Notes under the pieces: model-generated
The model's input: the letters and a program-made list of their open reading frames with translations, nothing else
Told to the model about the DNA's origin: nothing
Database searches by the model: none
Source: Oikopleura dioica
Taxonomy: Eukaryota; Animalia; Chordata
Reading direction: 5' to 3'
Length of the DNA stretch: 64,000 nucleotides
NCBI GenBank assembly: GCA_907165135.1
Contig: OU015568.1
Span: forward strand, 1,674,001-1,738,000
In this document: piece by piece, positions 61,467-64,000 of the stretch
Layout of the letters: each line of letters opens with the position of its first letter
Numbering within the stretch: the stretch's first letter is position 1
Position numbers and translations under genes: made by a program

Positions 61467-63185
61467 TTAAAGTAAATTATAAAAGTTACATAATATAACA
61501 ATAGTCTTCGCTGCAAAACTCTTTGCATGTGTCTGGAGTCGTCTCAAAAATGATCGGCCGATGCTGACTTCCTTCGTGAGTAAAAAATGTTTCAGACGAA
61601 ACAACAGCTTCACCATTCCATTCAGCACGCTCGACAGCATAAAAATCGTTACCACCGAAAGCGATGAAGTAATTTTCATGAAAAAGCATCGAATGATAAT
61701 TAAAATTCTAAAAAGAAAAACAAGAAACGGAAGAATGAAGGCCTACGTTTTGGAGTTGCCCAGCAACAGTCCACCGCTCATCTCGAAAGAGATAAACGTT
61801 TTTTAAATGTGAGCTGGTTTCCTCAGTATATCCTCCAGTTGTTATAAGACCATCTCCGACAGACACGCAGCTCAATCTTTTGACCGTACCGCCCGGGAAA
61901 ACCGGCTCATTTTGCCAGCCACTTAAAATAATATTAATTTTTCTCGAAAAAATTTCATCACGTGACAGCGAGAAGTTCAACCGTGTTCGTATTTCCTCCA
62001 GCTACAATAACAGCTTGTGTCTGATACGTTGCCATGCATGCGAATTCGTGCTTCACCATTAAGTTGCTCAAAGAGAAAGATGTTTCCCCATCAAATCCCT
62101 CGCATTTGTCCGCGCTTGAGGCCCCTGCACAGATAACGACCTCATCTTTGACCTCAGGAATCGTGACGGTTGCCCCATAATCAGTTCCGAAGCTGTTGAT
62201 AAGGCGTTTTCCTGTATCGATTAGCTCGCAGCCACTTATTTTTCCTATCTTTAGAATTTCTTTATCATCTTATAATAATAACACTGTCTGCTGGTAGCAA
62301 TATGAAGTCACCAAAACAGAGAAATACCTTATATCTGTTCTGTGAACCTCCAAAAAGAAAAACTTCGCCATTGAGAATAGCATGGCCAGCATAATTTAAA
62401 AAATTCGCATGAGGTGTCGAGAAATAACGATTTTCCTTTCGTCAGGCTCGTAAAATATTTTCTTGTCACGAAAAAGTCTGATATAATATTAATTTCTTTA
62501 ATCTTGAGCTCTCCTTAAAGTGTCCATCTGCAGAAAGAATGTATGTGTTTTTAGTGCTATACTGAGAAAGCAACATGTAAAAACCCTGGCAATTGTAACC
62601 ATCATCACATGGGCATCCTCTTGGACATCGACTATTGCATGGGCACATTTCGGATTCAAGATCAAACGAATTGAAGCATTTGTTGTAGCATGATGGAGAT
62701 GCTGTGCAGTTCTTGACACAGTGCTTAGCGTTGTACATAGCTTCATTGATGCACTGTTGATAAAATGGATTATTTAGCTCAGGATTTTTACACGAACAGA
62801 TTGAGTTCGGACAATCATCGCATCCATTTGGACATTTTCGGAAACATGGACATTGCTCGTAACATTCTTGGTCAATGAATCATTTTTCTTAATTTTTACT
62901 CTTACCAGTATAATCGGCAAGACAATTACGCTCACAGCTTGAGTCCTCGCAGTCATCTTTGCAAGTCAAGAAGTCGGTATAGCAGAATGAGTCACATTTC
63001 AGCGCTAGATCTTCATCCCTAACAAATATTTTTCTCATCTCTTTTAGACAGCTATTTTTCATTATTAGATTATTTTTGTTATAGACTATAATAACTTATA
63101 GTAAAGCTTACTGGCAAGTTGTGTTGTAAAGATTCGGGCGAAATCCAGAACAAGCAAAAAAGAAAGAAAATATAATTGTCAGCAT
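61467..63185 (-). CDS. secreted Cys-rich plus kelch-like repeat protein
   Basis: Signal MLTIIFSFFACSG; repeats CPC..KCPNGCDDC and CPCNSRCPRGCPCDDGYNC; propeller-like SCVSVGDGLITTGG...VYLFRDERWTVAGQL, FIAFGG. Confidence 0.7.
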
Positions 63186-63339
63186 CTCTTTTGGTATGAG
63201 AGCGGATCAGCTGAGGGTCTTCAACTTCGACAGAAATATTTTTTATTTAAGTAAGCTGTTATATTCCCACGAGAAGCAATGGTCATTAAATTCTCAGTTT
63301 ATTAAAAACATTTTAAAGATGTATGAATTTATTCTTTAT

Positions 63340-64000
63340 TTACAAAGCAGTTGATTCCATCTCATGTTGTAAAATATTTTTAGGCTTGAACTTGTCAATG
63401 CAGAATTCACAGCTTTTCCGTTGGCAAGGGCCTCCACGATAGAATTTTTTCCTGAAACAATTTACCATGTATTTTTCAAAAAATAATTACCTAAAGCTTT
63501 TGGCAAGCATTCTCAAATGGGTTTGCTCGTTGACTGTGTCCCAGTTCTCTTGCTTGTTCGGATTCAGCAACGCTTTCGTGCTTCTTTTTCCTATCGTATC
63601 AATACCTTCCTGTCTCAACCAATCCACGTCGAATTGTCCTTATAAATCCTTATTATCCCCCTTCGGTTGCTTCATTTTACCTTCTGTATCCCAACCATGA
63701 CCATATGCGGCATTCGGATAAGCTGGCTCGCCATGTTTTGCTATGTCGATTCCTCTTACTTCTGTATCTTTTCCTGGTTTAGCGAAATCCAGCAAAAACT
63801 GTGCTTTTATTTCGTTACCAGGACCATATCGACCCTCAATATGTCACAGTACCAGCAGAGCCAGAAAATGATGCTTGAAAGAACAAGTGTCCACATCAAT
63901 ATCGCCACGATTCCGATAACTTGCCATAAAAGTTGCTAGAATTCAGAAAATTCAAAATCATAGATTTGCTTTTTTTGGCACGTCTTACGTTCAACGGCGT
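63340..64000 (-). CDS. AMT: ammonium transporter (Amt family), 3' part; 5' part beyond window
   Basis: QLLWQVIGIVAILMWTLVLSSIIFWLCWYCDILRV followed by EVRGIDIAKHGEPAYP, the conserved Amt C-terminal motif. One intron boundary and the last exon frame unresolved. Confidence 0.85.

Noticed and set aside
1-64000. rRNA, tRNA, snRNA, SL RNA, autonomous transposase or reverse transcriptase
   Set aside because: No diagnostic motifs seen by eye; a covariance-model or HMM scan would be needed to exclude divergent copies.

Overview
Compact, AT-rich eukaryotic genomic DNA: about 30 intron-rich genes, most introns 40-60 nt, and several GA-AG, GG-AG and GC-AG introns. This, plus lineage-typical Cys-rich/kelch-like genes, points to an appendicularian tunicate, most likely Oikopleura dioica (inference, no database search). 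Recognisable genes: IQSEC/BRAG Arf-GEF, SF3B6, a tandem-WW coiled-coil protein, CHMP1, a Thr-rich mucin with Sushi-like modules, a PqaA/AprA-family hydrolase, a RING protein, FPGS, B4GALT, a connexin, two divergent Cys-loop channel paralogues (one decaying), SLC5, a B3GALT6-like transferase, an nAChR alpha subunit, NR5A/FTZ-F1, a plant-type FAAH amidase and the 3' end of an ammonium transporter. Four non-autonomous DNA transposons with readable TIRs and TSDs sit in introns. Highlights: (1) two MITEs whose terminal G plus (T)TAA TSD form sub-introns (AG|GT..TAAG and AG|GG..TTAAG) whose removal restores the pre-insertion sequence exactly, an introner-like route to GT-AG and GG-AG introns; (2) a 3-exon, 84-aa secreted peptide-precursor gene nested antisense in a PqaA-gene intron and absent from the ORF track; (3) Cys-loop receptors with an extra ~150-aa N-terminal domain; (4) a duplicated 3' exon cassette with 8 synonymous and 0 non-synonymous changes over 59 codons. 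No rRNA, tRNA, snRNA or CRISPR array was recognised. Exon boundaries were read by hand, so gene ends are approximate where stated.
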